DNA of 64,000 bases from Balanoglossus misakiensis (lineage: Eukaryota; Animalia; Hemichordata): NCBI GenBank assembly GCA_040954595.2, contig CM082595.2, positions 9,599,918-9,663,917 of the forward strand, written 5' to 3'. The notes below the pieces were generated by a model. That model was not told where the DNA came from. It did not search any database and saw nothing but the letters and a program-made list of their open reading frames with translations. Numbering within the stretch: position 1 is the stretch's first letter; each line of letters starts with the position of its first letter. Positions 1 to 13,200 of the stretch are shown here, piece by piece. The translations under genes were made by a program, and so were the position numbers.

Positions 1-655
1 CATCGTTTTTTTCTGCATATCTAATTCCAGGCTAACCTATAGGGCTATGATTTTGGTTTTTGATGTATGTGGATTTGTATGTGATCAAAAAATTTCGCTA
101 CTTATCATGACCCCTTTGACCTCTGCTGACCTCATTAAATATGCGCATACCTAATTACAGATGAACCAATAGACCTAGATGTTTGGTTTCTGTTGGACAT
201 GAACCAGTATTGGGTCAAATTTTTTTGGCCAAATGTTGGGTGACCTCGGATGACCTTTGACCTACTTTTGCATATCTCGACATCCACAGCAGATACAGCC
301 TTGGCGTTTGGAGGTATGGGGCCATAATGAAAAGCCAAAGTTTTGGGTCACCTGTGACACCTGCTTAACTCATTATTTATGTGCATACCTAATTTCGGGC
401 TAACCAAAAGGGCTAGAGATCTGGATTTTGTTGGACATGGACCACTATGGGTCAAAATTTTCTGCCCAAATTGTGGGTGACCTCTGGGTGACCTTTGACC
501 TACTTAACACTATATCAACACCAAACATAGATATAACCTTGATATTTCATGGGATAAAACACAGCATTATGTTCCTACTCATTAATTATGTGCATATCTA
601 ATAATCAGATCAGATAATAGAGCTTGGGCCCGGACAATGCTGCTTGCAGCTTTAA
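1..655 (+). mobile_element. 3' part of non-autonomous Helentron-associated element (HINE A), truncated by window edge
   Basis: Ends with subterminal repeat GCTTGGGCCC (622-631), hairpin GCTGCTTGCAGC (639-650) and TTTAATT. Body closely matches 3175-3545 and 22285-22943. Confidence 0.8.
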
Positions 656-2260
656 TTAGGGCCCAAGCCCAGCAGGCTTGGGCCCTATTGGTATTACTGG
701 GGTTTTTCTTCTACTTCTTCTTCTTCTTGTGTCATTTTTTTGTCCAGCTAGATCTTGAAAACGGCTGAACCTACAAATCTCACATTTGGCACAATGGTGC
801 AGGCCAATGAGAGCTAGTGCAGTACCCTTGTGAATGTTAAATTAGTCACGTGACCTGATGACCATATATGGGCAAAGTTTTCAAATCGACCTAATTTGCA
901 TATGAATGGAGATATCAAAATTCTTTTAGCAACTTTTGCGGACCATGTGGCCAGGGTTCTACATGCCAAATGTCAAGGCCATTGGCCATTCCAATTTTGA
1001 GAAGAAGATTTTTAAGTATTATTTTTCATATTTTTTACCAAGCCATGGGCCTATACTTTCCATAGTAAAGCCATGACCACATATTATTTTGGATAAATAT
1101 GCATACATATCTCAAAATCTGTCAGGCCAATCTTCTTCAACTTTGGTATGCAGCTAGCCTAGCATTTGTCAATAATTTCAAGCGAAAAAAAATAGTATGA
1201 AAAATCGACCGATTTTTTTATATTAATTTTTTTATTAAATAATACCTTTACTTATACCTCTATGGATAAGCTATGTCCATGTCTTATTGTGGAATTCTGG
1301 TCTGTGCAATAGTCCTGTACAGTGACTGTCTATTGGTCGGTGAGCACAATGGCACCAAAATAAAAGGCACAATTTTAGGCTCACCTGTAACACCTGCTTA
1401 ACTCATTAATTATGTGCATACCTAATTCTGGGCTAACTAAGAGGGCTAGAGGTTTCGTTCTTGTGGGACATGGACCAGTATACGGTCAAAATTTCTTGCC
1501 CAAATTTTGGGTGACCTCAGGTGACCTTTGACCTACTTTCCTATATCTTGGCATCCAGAGCAGGTACAGACTTGGCGTTTGGAGGGTTGGGACTAAAATT
1601 GAAAAGGCAACACTGGGGGTCACCTGTGACACCTGCTTAACTCATTAATTATGTGCATACCTAATTCTGGGTTAACTAAGAGGGCTAGAGGTTTCGTTCT
1701 TGTGGGACATGGACCAGTATAGGGTCAAAATTTCTTGCCCAAATTTTGGGTGACCTCAGGTGACCTTTGACCTACTTTCCTATATCTCTGCATCCAGAGC
1801 AGGTATAGACTTGGCGTTTGGAGGGTTGGGACTAAAATTGAAAAGCCAAAATTGGGGTCACCTGTGACACCTGCTTATCTCATTAATTATGTGCATACCT
1901 AATTCCAGGCTAAGCAATAGGGCTAGAGGTTTGATTTATGCTGACCATGGACCAGTATGGGGTCAAAATTTTTTGCCCAAATTTTGGGTGACCTTTGACC
2001 TACTTTACCATATCTCGGCATCCACAGCAGATACAGCCTTGGCATTTGGAGGGATGGAACTCCTGATGGAGCCTTACACTTTATCTCATTAATTATGCGC
2101 ATACCTAATTGTAGGCGAACCATAGGGCTAGAGATTTTGTTCTTGTGGGACACGGACCAGTATGGGGGTCAAAATTTCTTGCCCAAATTTTGGGTGACCT
2201 CTTATGACCTTTGACCTTCGGCTTAAGCTTGGGCCCGTCATCGCTGCTTGCAGCTATATT
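656..2260 (+). mobile_element. Complete HINE/DINE-like non-autonomous Helentron (HINE B)
   Basis: 5' palindrome AGGGCCCAAGCC..GGCTTGGGCCCT followed by a (CTT)n tract and internal tandem repeats. 3' end has GCTTGGGCCC (~2227-2236) and hairpin GCTGCTTGCAGC (2243-2254). Confidence 0.8.
1378..2210 (+). repeat. Internal ~239-bp tandem repeat of HINE B (~3.5 copies)
   Basis: TCACCTGTGACACCTGCTTAACTCATTAATTATGTGCATACC recurs at ~1381, ~1620 and ~1858, with a partial fourth copy at ~2085. Confidence 0.8.
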
Positions 2261-2324
2261 TAGGGGCACAAGCCTATCGGGCTTGTGCCCCTATTGGTAT
2301 TGTTGGAATATTTCTTCTTTATTA
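2261..2324 (+). mobile_element. 5' end of HINE C (GGGGCACAAGC subfamily), interrupted in its microsatellite by the autonomous Helentron
   Basis: Palindrome GGGGCACAAGCC..GGCTTGTGCCCC then TTCTTCTTTATTA. The matching 3' repeat GCTTGTGCCCC next appears at 24123-24133. Confidence 0.75.
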
Positions 2325-5300
2325 TTAGGGCCCAAGCGCATACCAGCGCTTGGGCCCTATTGGTTTCGTTGGGGTTTTTCTGTCTTTCCTTCTTTCTTCT
2401 TTCTTCTTCTTTCTTTATTCTTGTGTCAATTCTTTGTCGCTCTAGATCTCAGACACCACTGCAGGTACACTTCTCAAACTTGCTACAGTGGTCAAGGTCA
2501 ATGAGTAGATGTGCATTGAACCCTTGAATTTTTAATTAGTCACGTGACCTGGCGGCCATATTAGATTTCTGAAAAAATGCAAATCTCAGATCTCAGAAAC
2601 TACAAGTCAGATCGACTTCAAACTTGGTGTGCAGGTAGTCTACCTTCTACCCATCATTTTTGTAATTGGATATTTTGCTGTCAATGTTGCAGTTTTTTTG
2701 CTACAGTTGTTTTTCTGAAATCTGGTCAAAATTTCAAAAATCTTCTTCTCCAGAACCGGCGATAACCGAGTCACGCGGTTTGGGGTATGTGGTCACCAAA
2801 CTGAGGTCTATCAAGTTTGCGAAGATCATTGTGATTGGTCGAAGATTATGGCGGCCATATTGGATTTTCGAAAAACCCTAGTAAAATTTCAAAAATCTTC
2901 TTCTCAAGAACCGGCGATAACCGAGTCACAAGATTTGGTGTGTGTGGTCATTAAACAGATGTCTATCAAGTTTGCGAAGATCATTGTGATTGGTCGAAGA
3001 TTTTGGCGGCCATATTGGATTTTGTGAACAACGATTAAAAAGTAAAAATTCTGTTTCTAGCCTAAAAATTGATAGCACAGAAATTCTTTTTATGGATATG
3101 AATCATCATATGACAAGAATAAGCTATAAATATTTTGGTAATTTTGGCAATGACCTTTGACCTACTTTTGACGCATCATTTTTCTGCATATCTAATTCCA
3201 GGCTAACCAATAGGGCTATAAGTTTGGTTTTTGATGTATGTGGTTTTGTATGTGATCAAAAATTTTTGCTACTTTTCATGACCCCTTTGACCTCTGCTGA
3301 CCTCATTAAATATGCGCATACCTAATTACAGATGAACCAAATGACCTAGAGGTTTGTTTTTTTCTGGACATGGATCAGTATGGGGTCAAAATATTTTGCC
3401 CAAATGTTGGATGACCTCGGGTGACCTTTGACCTACTTTTGCATATCTCGACATCCACAGCAGATACAGCCTTGGCGTTTGGAGGTATGGGGCCATAATG
3501 AAAAGCCAAAGTTTTGGGTCACCTGTGACACCTGCTTAACTCATTAAGTATGCGCATACCTAATTACAGACGAACTAATAGATCTAGAGTTTTTGTTTTT
3601 TTTGGACATGGACCAGTATTTGGTCAAAGAATTTTGGGTGACCTCAGTGACCTTTTACCTACTTTCTCATATCTTGGCATCCACTGCAGGTACAGGCTTA
3701 GCATTTGGAGGGATGGAACACCTCACCGAATCCCACAATTTACCCCATTAATTATTCGCATATATAATTCCAAGCGAACCAATAGGGCTAGAGGTGTGTT
3801 TTTGTTGAATTCAAAAGTTTTTGCCCAAATTTTGGATGAACTGAGGTGACTTTTAACCTACTTTACCATATCTCGGCACCAACAGTAGCTACAGCCTTGT
3901 CCTTTCGAGGGATGGGATCAAAATTAAAAGGCAAATTTTGGGGTCACCTGTGACACCTGCTTGACTCATTAATTACGTGCATACCTGATTCCAGGCCTAC
4001 CAAATGGAATAGAGGTCTGGTTTTTGTTGAACATGGACCAATATGGGGTCACAATCTTTTGCCAAAATTTAGGGTGACCTGACCTGACCTTTACAGGAGT
4101 TACATCCTTTGTTTTTTGAGGGATGGGACAAAAATGAAAAGCTAAATTTTGGGTTAATCTGTGACACCTTCTTAACCTCATTAATTATGCACATACCTAA
4201 TTCCAGGCTAACCAACACAGCTAGCAGTTCCATTTCAGTTGGGCATGGACCAGTATGGCATCAAAATATTTTGGAGCAATTTTTTTGTGAACTTTGACCT
4301 AATTTTACAAATCTCGGCATCCAGGGCAGATACCGCTTTACTCATGTTGTCGGACACCTTACCACATTAAATTTTACGCTGACCAATAGTGGCAGAAGGG
4401 AAGCTGGGACCAGTATGGGACCAAATTTTTGACAAATTTTTGGGTAACCTTGGGATGACCTTTTAGTTTTCATTATCGTGATATGTTGAAACACTTAATG
4501 CGTTCTTATACTTCACCTCCTTATTTTGCCTACAACAAATAGTATCCTTAAAAATAAGAGGGCTTACATGTTTTGTGTTTTGGATCTCCACTAGTATGTG
4601 ACAACATTATTTGAGAAATATTTGTGTATTAGACCTTCAAGTTTTCTTTATCTTGGTATCCGGAAAATCTACCAAACCAGATATATTGTACAGAGTACAG
4701 AGAGACATGAAAGTCAGACGTGGACATTTTGTTTTAAGTGGTCAGCGACCTATAATGTAGACTAAAATAAAGAGATGACTACAGTAAAAGGCTTATGTTA
4801 AAAAGCAATGATTCAACTTACAGGTTTATCTGAAGCACATAAAACAAATGGTTGACATCAGTTGAGGTTGGTTTTTGTTATTGCAAGAAACTAAACAAAC
4901 ACAGATTACAATTGTTCACAGTTTTAAGCAATTATATCCAGCTGACAATGGCCAAGTATAATAATAACTAATAATAATAACTAAATAATAAGTTCAGACA
5001 CCATTTAATTTCTGAAAAAGAGGATTAGTGAAATTAAGTTAGCATCTTTCTAAATTGTTTGAACATCCATTTGATACAGTGCATATTTAACACGACAAAT
5101 ACTTAAGAACATATATGTATTATGAGGACATATCTAGTATACAACAAAGCAAATCTGACCTTGACAAAAGTCTACTTGAATTTTAAAATACAGTTCAGCA
5201 TATCCATTAAGACATTTCTTGTTGTGCACAATTTTAGAAAATCAAACGGGACATAGCATTGACAGAAATAGTCATTAAACGTAATCTGACAACTTGATTG

Positions 5301-5826
5301 TGTACAAGCCTTAATTGCAGATCATTTGTTAAAGGTACAAAGTAGCTTTTGTTTGCCCTTTTTGATATCATTCAAGAATACAGAGAGTACCTGCATTAAG
5401 TCACTGACTGTGCAATATGCTGTCAGTGCATAACCTAAAAAGGGGTCAGTAAATACCCCTTTGCTGTAAGTAAAGTTGTGATTTTGTGTGTGATACGAAA
5501 TGAATACCTGTACCAAAGTACGTTTCCTTTTGACAAATAACATTGCCATGGCATTGTACATGGCAGTTATACATGAAAGAATACTACACTCTGAGATCTC
5601 ATGCCAAGATCCATGTGGTCTAAATAGTTTGCAACACTGGCTATATATTCAAATACATGGATAAAAGTTTAGCACACAGTGGAAAACTGGGTGGACATCA
5701 TAAATTATTTATGTGAATGTTCAATCTTGTATGTTGATATACAAGCATAGTTCACCAGTACAGTACTGTACTGGTAAACACAGAGCATTAATCCTTTAAG
5801 TCGCTGCACACACACACAGTTTATTA

Positions 5827-6400
5827 GGCTGTTCACAATACTCAGAACGGGTCTGGCCGACCTTTGTCCGGACAATTTTTGTCCCAGTTGAATGGGTTGG
5901 TTTGTATCCTACTCTGGTCCCACTACGGTGTGTGTGGACACGTTTTGTCCGAATCTGGTCCCAGATTGACATAATAGTGTAGTCCATCGTTTGACAATGA
6001 AGAAAATCGTATGAACAACCATTAGAGGACCAACATGGTTCTGCTTTATAAGGTGAAAGGTTGGCGAGACACCACTGGCCAGGACTGTGCCAATCACAAT
6101 GTGAACGGGGACTAAAGATTAGCTTGTCTTGTCACAATCATCAGTGACACGTTTTGCCCGGCCATGGGCCCAGATGTGAACCCACCATAAGTAGGGGCGC
6201 TGAGGCTTAGTCCCATGGACAATGGGTTGCGGAGAGGTGTTACAGTAATTCTTTACACCGGCTCCGGTCTGACCGGCAAATGCTGTCTCAAATCTAAGCA
6301 ATTTCAGAACCACTAAACACTGTCCACACCTGATTCTTTAAGATGGTATCTGATCTGAGACGCTTCAGAACCGTCTTAATGGTGTGTATGTGACCCTATA
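5827..6400. mobile_element. Cluster of degenerate PIF/Harbinger-like MITE relics (hairpin-rich block)
   Basis: TTA-GGCTGTTCACA (5824-5837) faces TGTGAACGGGGAC-TAA (6100-6115). Further TIR-like ends GATGTGAACCCACCA-TAA and GGTGTGTATGTGACCC. Many short stems. Confidence 0.35.
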
Positions 6401-6748
6401 CAGTTTACCGTGTTTCAATAAGTCAAACAACAGGTCCAGTTTTGAATATTAAGTCAACACAAAATGAAAATACATAATTATTTGATTGAAACCATTCTTG
6501 ATAATACAAATGACAATTTCAAATCATGTTATAAAATAACTATCTTGACTCAAAATTGGCTATTTACATGGAATACCAAACATCAAGAAACTTATTTCAG
6601 AATAAAAAGTACAACTTAAATTATTTCTATTACTCTCATAATGCAGGCAAATATCTTTACTGTAATAAAAAATCATCCAGTACAATAAGTTGTTCAAAAT
6701 ACAGTATTTCATGTTTCTTTTTACAAAATGCAATATATACGCTATACC

Positions 6749-6992
6749 ACACAGTATTAAAAGCAGGTGAATTATGTACATGTACTCAATATTGCATACC
6801 ATATGATCATACAAACAAATGTACACACAGAAGTGAATACCCCATGGTGTAGCAATAAAATTGTTAAATTACACAGTATTAAAAGCAGGTGAATTATGTA
6901 CATGTACTCAATATTGCATACCATATGATCATACAAACAAATTTACACACAGAAGTGAATACCCCATGGTGTAGCAATAAAATTGTTAAATT
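6749..6992. repeat. 122-bp tandem duplication (2 copies)
   Basis: ACAGTATTAAAAGCAGGTG occurs at 6751 and 6873; the two units are near-identical. Confidence 0.9.
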
Positions 6993-7080
6993 GTAATTAT
7001 ATCATACCAAGCAGCAATGTAAATTGTTCTAAAATACTTTTTATATTTAACATAGATTTTATATATACATAGAAAATGAC

Positions 7081-7158
7081 TACATACATACATACATACA
7101 TACATACATACATACATACATACATACATACATACATACATACATACATGCCTGCATG

Positions 7159-7202
<44 letters not shown>
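7081..7202. repeat. (TACA)n + (CA)n microsatellite
   Basis: Read directly from the sequence. Confidence 0.95.
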
Positions 7203-7204
<2 letters not shown>

Positions 7205-8000
7205 CATATACACATGTACATATGTTACAAATGTACATATGCCAGTGCATACATGACAAAGACATACAGACAGATATAACATTATGACAGCCAGGCAGCC
7301 TGTCTTAAATTACTCAATCCTTCGCCTGAGTTTATCTTCAGACAGACAGACAGACAGACAACTCACTAAGGCGTGTAGACAACCTAGTCTTAATTACCCT
7401 GTCCTCCCCCAGAGTTTATATCTTTTTCTGAAAGTTAAATCACAACATGTTAGACAAATTATTTGCAGTTGGTGTATCGCTACCTTATCGTAACCTTATC
7501 AAAAGCAATCTGGTGGTCAATATTATTTTGCGGTAAGGTAAATACATGTTATGTAAAATGTTGATGTCAGCTTTCTCAGATTATATCATAAGGCAGTTGA
7601 ACGACATGCACACACTATTGCTACAGATCCCGACTACCCACTTTAAAAATTCTTTTAAAATCTCCAATTATGGACATGCTACAGAGATCAATTTAACAGG
7701 AAACAATTCCTTTGGAAAATACTTTTCCCAACAGCTATATCTATTTTAAATTCAAGTTTCATCCTTTTTTAGTTTTATCCAGTGCTGCAGATGTGCTTTT
7801 CATCATGTTGTCTTATTTGTGTATATACATTGTTATCAAAATGTCATTTATCCTGAATTTATAACTGATTGATGAGCCTCATGAAGACAAGTTTCACAGC
7901 TATTGTTGACAATTAAGTATTTGAATTGATTTAACATAGGAGCCAGTATAAGAACATTTAACCTCTTGCTGGGTAGTTTTGTTTTTATCTAGTCTCACTC

Positions 8001-8159
8001 CCAGACCTCATCGCTGTGCACCATAGTGTGCTACTGGCAGTATGACCAGGCAAGGAGCGCAGCGACAAGCACAAGTCGCCCGCCAAATCAGATCACTTGC
8101 CCGGTCATGTCCTACCACCAGAAGCACACACTTTGCCCTGGTGAAGCAACAAGGTCTGG
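8001..8159 (-). ncRNA. Candidate rod-like structured RNA element, copy 1
   Basis: Nested minus-strand helices: CCAGACCUUGUUGCU/AGCGAUGAGGUCUGG (15 bp), CACCA/UGGUG, GUGUGCU/AGCACAC, CUGGUGGUA/UACUGCCAG, UGACCGGGCAAG/CUUGCCUGGUCA, GCGAC/GUCGC. Six G-U pairs would be A-C mismatches on the plus strand. Confidence 0.6.
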
Positions 8160-8963
8160 TACCATCACTCAGCTTTTCCGTAACAAAGGCCATTATTAAA
8201 TCATGTACGTGAATGAGGTTTTTCCTCGTGACGGGTTATATCTTTATTTTTCTAATAACACTTATGTTATTTCAAAACACAACTCTAAATTAATATTTTG
8301 ATCCGTATTGCTTCATGAAAGCTAAAGTATTTTGGTACAACATTTACCGTCACACTTTCTATTCCTTTCTCAGACACAAGATCAATCAATTTATTAGCTT
8401 CTGTAGTTAATTTGCTTCAAATTATTTGCAGTTGGTGTATCGCTACCTTATCGTAACCTTATCAAAAGCAATCTGGTGGTCAATATTATTTTGCGGTAAG
8501 GTAAATACATGTTATGTAAAATGATGATGTCAGCTTTCTCAGATTATATCATAAGGCAGTTGAACGACATGCACACACTATTGCTACAGATCCCGACTAC
8601 CCACTTTAAAAATTCTTTTAAAATCTCCAATTATGGACATGCTACAGAGATCAATTTAACAGGAAACAATTCCTTTGGAAAATACTTTTGCCAACAGCTA
8701 TATCTATTTTAAATTCAAGTTTCATCCTTTTTTAGTTTTATCCAGTGCTGCAGATGTGCTTTTCATCATGTTGTCTTATTTGTGTATATACATTGTTATC
8801 AAAATGTCATTTATCCTGAATTTATAACTGATTGATGAGCCTCATGAAGACAAGTTTCACAGCTATTGTTGACAATTAAGTATTTGAATTGATTTAACAT
8901 AGGAGCCAGTATAAGAACATTTAACCTCTTGCTGGGTAGTCTTGTTTTTATCTAGTCTCACTC

Positions 8964-9122
8964 CCAGACCTCATCGCTGTGCACTATAGTGTGCTACTGG
9001 CAGTATGACCAGGCAAGGAGCGCAGCGACAAGCACAAGTCGCCCGCCAAATCAGATCACTTGCCCGGTCATGTCCTACCACCAGAAGCACACACTTTGCC
9101 CTGGTGAAGCAACAAGGTCTGG
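8964..9122 (-). ncRNA. Candidate rod-like structured RNA element, copy 2
   Basis: Same sequence as copy 1 apart from one substitution (plus-strand CACCA to CACTA). Confidence 0.6.
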
Positions 9123-9926
9123 TACCATCACTCAGCTTTTCCGTAACAAAGGCCATTATTAAATCATGTACGTGAATGAGGTTTTTCCTCGTGACGGGTT
9201 ATATCTTTATTTTTCTAATAACACTTATGTTATTTCAAAACACAACTCTAAATTAATATTTTGATCCTTATTGCTTCATGAAAGCTAAAGTATTTTGGTA
9301 CAACATTTACCGTCACACTTTCTATTCCTTTCTCAGACACAAGATCAATCAATTTATTAGCTTCTGTAGTTAATTTGCTTCAAATTATTTGCAGTTGGTG
9401 TATCGCTACCTTATCGTAACCTTATCAAAAGCAATCTGGTGGTCAATATTATTTTGCGGTAAGGTAAATACATGTTATGTAAAATGATGATGTCAGCTTT
9501 CTCAGATTATATCATAAGGCAGTTGAACGACATGCACACACTATTGCTACAGATCCCGACTACCCACTTTAAAAATTCTTTTAAAATCTCCAATTATGGA
9601 CATGCTACAGAGATCAATTTAACAGGAAACAATTCCTTTGGAAAATACTTTTGCCAACAGCTATATCTATTTTAAATTCAAGTTTCATCCTTTTTTAGTT
9701 TTATCCAGTGCTGCAGATGTGCTTTTCATCATGTTGTCTTATTTGTGTATATACATTGTTATCAAAATGTCATTTATCCTGAATTTATAACTGATTGATG
9801 AGCCTCATGAAGACAAGTTTCACAGCTATTGTTGACAATTAAGTATTTGAATTGATTTAACATAGGAGCCAGTATAAGAACATTTAACCTCTTGCTGGGT
9901 AGTTTTGTTTTTATCTAGTCTCACTC

Positions 9927-10085
9927 CCAGACCTCATCGCTGTGCACTATAGTGTGCTACTGGCAGTATGACCAGGCAAGGAGCGCAGCGACAAGCACAA
10001 GTCGCCCGCCAAATCAGATCACTTGCCCGGTCATGTCCTACCACCAGAAGCACACACTTTGCCCTGGTGAAGCAACAAGGTCTGG
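9927..10085 (-). ncRNA. Candidate rod-like structured RNA element, copy 3 (~135 nt after the RepHel stop codon)
   Basis: Same sequence as copy 2, positioned where the 3' UTR of the transposase mRNA would be. Confidence 0.6.
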
Positions 10086-10218
10086 TACCATCACTCAGCT
10101 TTTCCGTAACAAAGGCCGTTATTGAATCATGTACCTGAATAAGGTTATTCCTCGCGGTGGGTTATATCTTTATTTTTCTAATCACACTGATTTTATTTCA
10201 AAACACAAGTCTAAATAA

Positions 10219-13200
10219 TTATATTTTGATGCTTATTGCTTCATGAAAGCTGAAGTATTTTGGTACCACATTTACTGTCACATATTTTATTCCTTTCACA
10301 TACACATGATCAATCAATGTATTAGCTTCTGTAGTTGGTTCGCTAACAAATTGTCTGAAACCATGATCTTCCATGAACTTTACAAGTGATGACCGGGACA
10401 AGATATCTTCATTGAAATCACCCATGATCAGTTTGCCTCCTGGGTATTTTTCCATTGCTTTCACCAAACAAACCAAACTTTTTTTGAATACCTCTGCTTT
10501 GTATGATGGTGGTCTATAAACTACAGCTACTGTAACATTGATTTTAGTGACATAAAATGAAATACATTCCAAATTACACACACCCAAATGCAAAATTTCA
10601 AAATCATTACATAGTTTGCTATAGACTCCAACACCACCCCGCTGTTGCAACTGTAGACTTGATGTATTTCTATCAAATTGATTGTAGGATTGAGATCGTG
10701 GTTGGTGATTGAATTCAAATCCGCTCAATTGCAAATTACAATGTGTTCCTTTTTCAGATAACCAAGTTTCCGTCAAACAAATGAAGTCTGCTTCCAAATA
10801 TTCACTGTCATTGCAAATATCTTTAATGTGATTGACAAGTCCCTCCACATTATGCAATACAAATGAGCATGTATAATTACTGTGTTCTTTCTGAGTACAC
10901 TTGGGGAGAAATTTTGGCATTGTTTCCAGGGCTTCTTGGACCTTTTCATTGCAATATATGGATGATTTGTTAAAGTCATTAATAATGAGACCATCTAATG
11001 TTGTCACCCGACTCAATGCCACATATGCCTGTCCTGGTGCAAACATCTTCTTTAAACTGACAACAGCTTTATCAACTGTCAATCCCTGTACCTTATGCAC
11101 TGTACATGCCCAAGCTAGTTTTAAAGGAAACTGCCTCCTAATACCACCATTACTTGCAACAGACATTTCCTGAGGTTCTATAGGGGTACTGTTTACTGGA
11201 AGGTCAGATATAGTTATAGGCTTCTTTTTACGCAATCCTTGGCCAACTTTCTCATTATCAAATACAACATAAATGGCAGCTGGGAATTTTTCATTTGGTT
11301 TTACTGCAATGTGACATACTGTCCCAAAAACGCCATTCACCAAACCATCAGCCACATCAATGTTATGCGTCAATTGGACTCGTGCACCAACAGCTAGAGT
11401 AAGAGTCTTTGGCAAAGTTGTCCTGAACACTTTGACATGGTGACCTTCCTTTTTTTCTAGTCGTCCACTTTTAGGATTTCTGCTAAAATCTTCTGCTTCA
11501 ATACACACAGGATCAGAACATTGAGAATGAAGCATTTCAACATTACAGCTATTAACCTCTGCATTTGTAGCAAAAACATGCATTGCCTCAGATGTTTCAC
11601 CAGTAACACACTTTTGTAACATTGCCACATCACCAGCATTTAGTGTGTCCCCCTTTTTGTGAACTCTTACTCGATTTAATGCCTCTGCAAATGCACAGTC
11701 TTTCTGTCTCATTATTTCAGTTAATTCTACCATACTGAAATTGTCATTCCACAGATTGACGGATTCACGGTCTATGCACAGTGGACTTGCTTTTACAGGC
11801 GGGAGTTGATAAAAATCACCCACAGCAATAACACACACATTCCCAAATGGTGACTCAGCCGATGACTGTTTGATTTGTCGCAGTCTTCCATGAACATAGT
11901 ACAGTAACTTTTTGTCTACCATAGAAATCTCATCTATTATCAAAATTTGAAGGTTACCAAACTTGCAACGAAGAGTATTGAGCTTTTCTTCACGCAGTGG
12001 CTGATATGGCAGCTTTGAGTCAACAGCTATGGAGAATATATGATGGAGAGTTGTTCCTTGTATATTAAACGCTGCTACTCCTGTTGGTGCAGTTAAAGCA
12101 ATTGAAATTCCATCAACATCTGGCATTGCACGAGCTAGAATTCGTTTGGCTTCATGATATATGCTTTTGATTAAGTGACTTTTTCCAGTACCAGCACCAC
12201 CAGTGACAAACAAATAAAAGGGTTCTGGATTCTTGCCATTGCTTTTGTCCAAACACCACTTCCTGACAGTGTAAAACACTTCTGCTTGTTTCTTGTTCAA
12301 AGATCTACACATTGCTTCAACCTCATATTTCTTCATTGAATTTGAAAGTTCTACATGGCAATCATCACCTTTAGGTTTTTTTACCAAGTCCGGAATATCA
12401 CTGTCATCCACTGGATCATCATCACAGCACTTTTTACCTTCTTCAATGCATTCCAATCGTTCTAATTCATTTTCTGGACATATTTGAGCCCATGCATCTT
12501 CAAGATGGCCATTCTCATCAAGAAATTGTCCAGCTGCATCAATAGCATCAGCCTCTGTTTCAAATAATGCTTTATTGGCATCTACAATCATTTTAACCTT
12601 TTCTAAAGAAGCAGTGCCACATTTCACTGCACCAAGACAATAAAAATCCTCAAACGATTCAAATCCACTAGGTTTCAGTTGTGATTCCGTACGATATGGG
12701 AGAAACAGTTGTAATATACTGCCATAGTGCTTTTCTGGACATTTGGTAACAGAAAATCTAGCATATCTAACAACAGCACCATCACTTATAGATCTTTTCT
12801 GCATGTAACCAACATCATTTTTCAACTTCACTATTGGACTGTGGCGTTTTTCATTACTCACATTTTTCATTTCTGATTTTGAAACCACTCTGTATTCAGA
12901 ACAAAATTTTGCAAGACACATGTTGTCAAAATCTACCCCATTTGGTCTGTTCTTGTACCTGTCTACAATGCTATTCATCCATATCTCTTCCTCATCTAAA
13001 TCACCACCTTTCATTTTCTTCTGAATTGCAGCTAATGGCAGACTCATTTTAATTTGATTTTCTCCTGTTGGAATAAACTGAACTTTTCGTGATGATTGTT
13101 TCAGTTTCAAACCACATACCCTATAAACAGCTTCCTGGGCACTTATTTCCCTGTTGTGCAGATATACACCACCTAACTCTTTCATGGCAGACTTTGCATC

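Larger units (their letters stand above)
7455..10347. repeat. 3 x 963-bp tandem array covering the RepHel ORF tail and downstream region
   Basis: CAAATTATTTGCAGTTGG occurs at 7455, 8418 and 9381. Near-identical short ORFs start at 7546, 8509 and 9472. Units 1-2 end in a diverged copy of the last ~130 nt of the RepHel ORF. Confidence 0.95.

Noticed and set aside
135-4297. Short ORFs in HINE repeats (also 21092-27037)
   Set aside because: They lie in non-coding repeat sequence, have no domain motifs, and their frames are not kept across diverged copies.
6986-7282. Cys/Val/Tyr-rich ORFs (also 62953-63192)
   Set aside because: They are translations of microsatellites.
7860-7900. Hammerhead ribozyme (TGATGAG..GAA)
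   Set aside because: No intact CUGANGA..GAAA core with three closing stems on either strand.
7985-8190. RNase P/MRP RNA, U3 or C/D snoRNA identity for the structured island (AGCUGAGUG and UGAGACUAG recall human H1 RNA)
   Set aside because: The matches are only short words. There is no downstream P4 partner or S-domain and no terminal C/D pair. Left unassigned pending Rfam.
4700-10218. Fanzor/TnpB gene, as carried by some Helitron2 elements
   Set aside because: No ORF or RuvC/zinc-finger motifs are visible, so the structured RNA cannot be called an omega RNA on present evidence.
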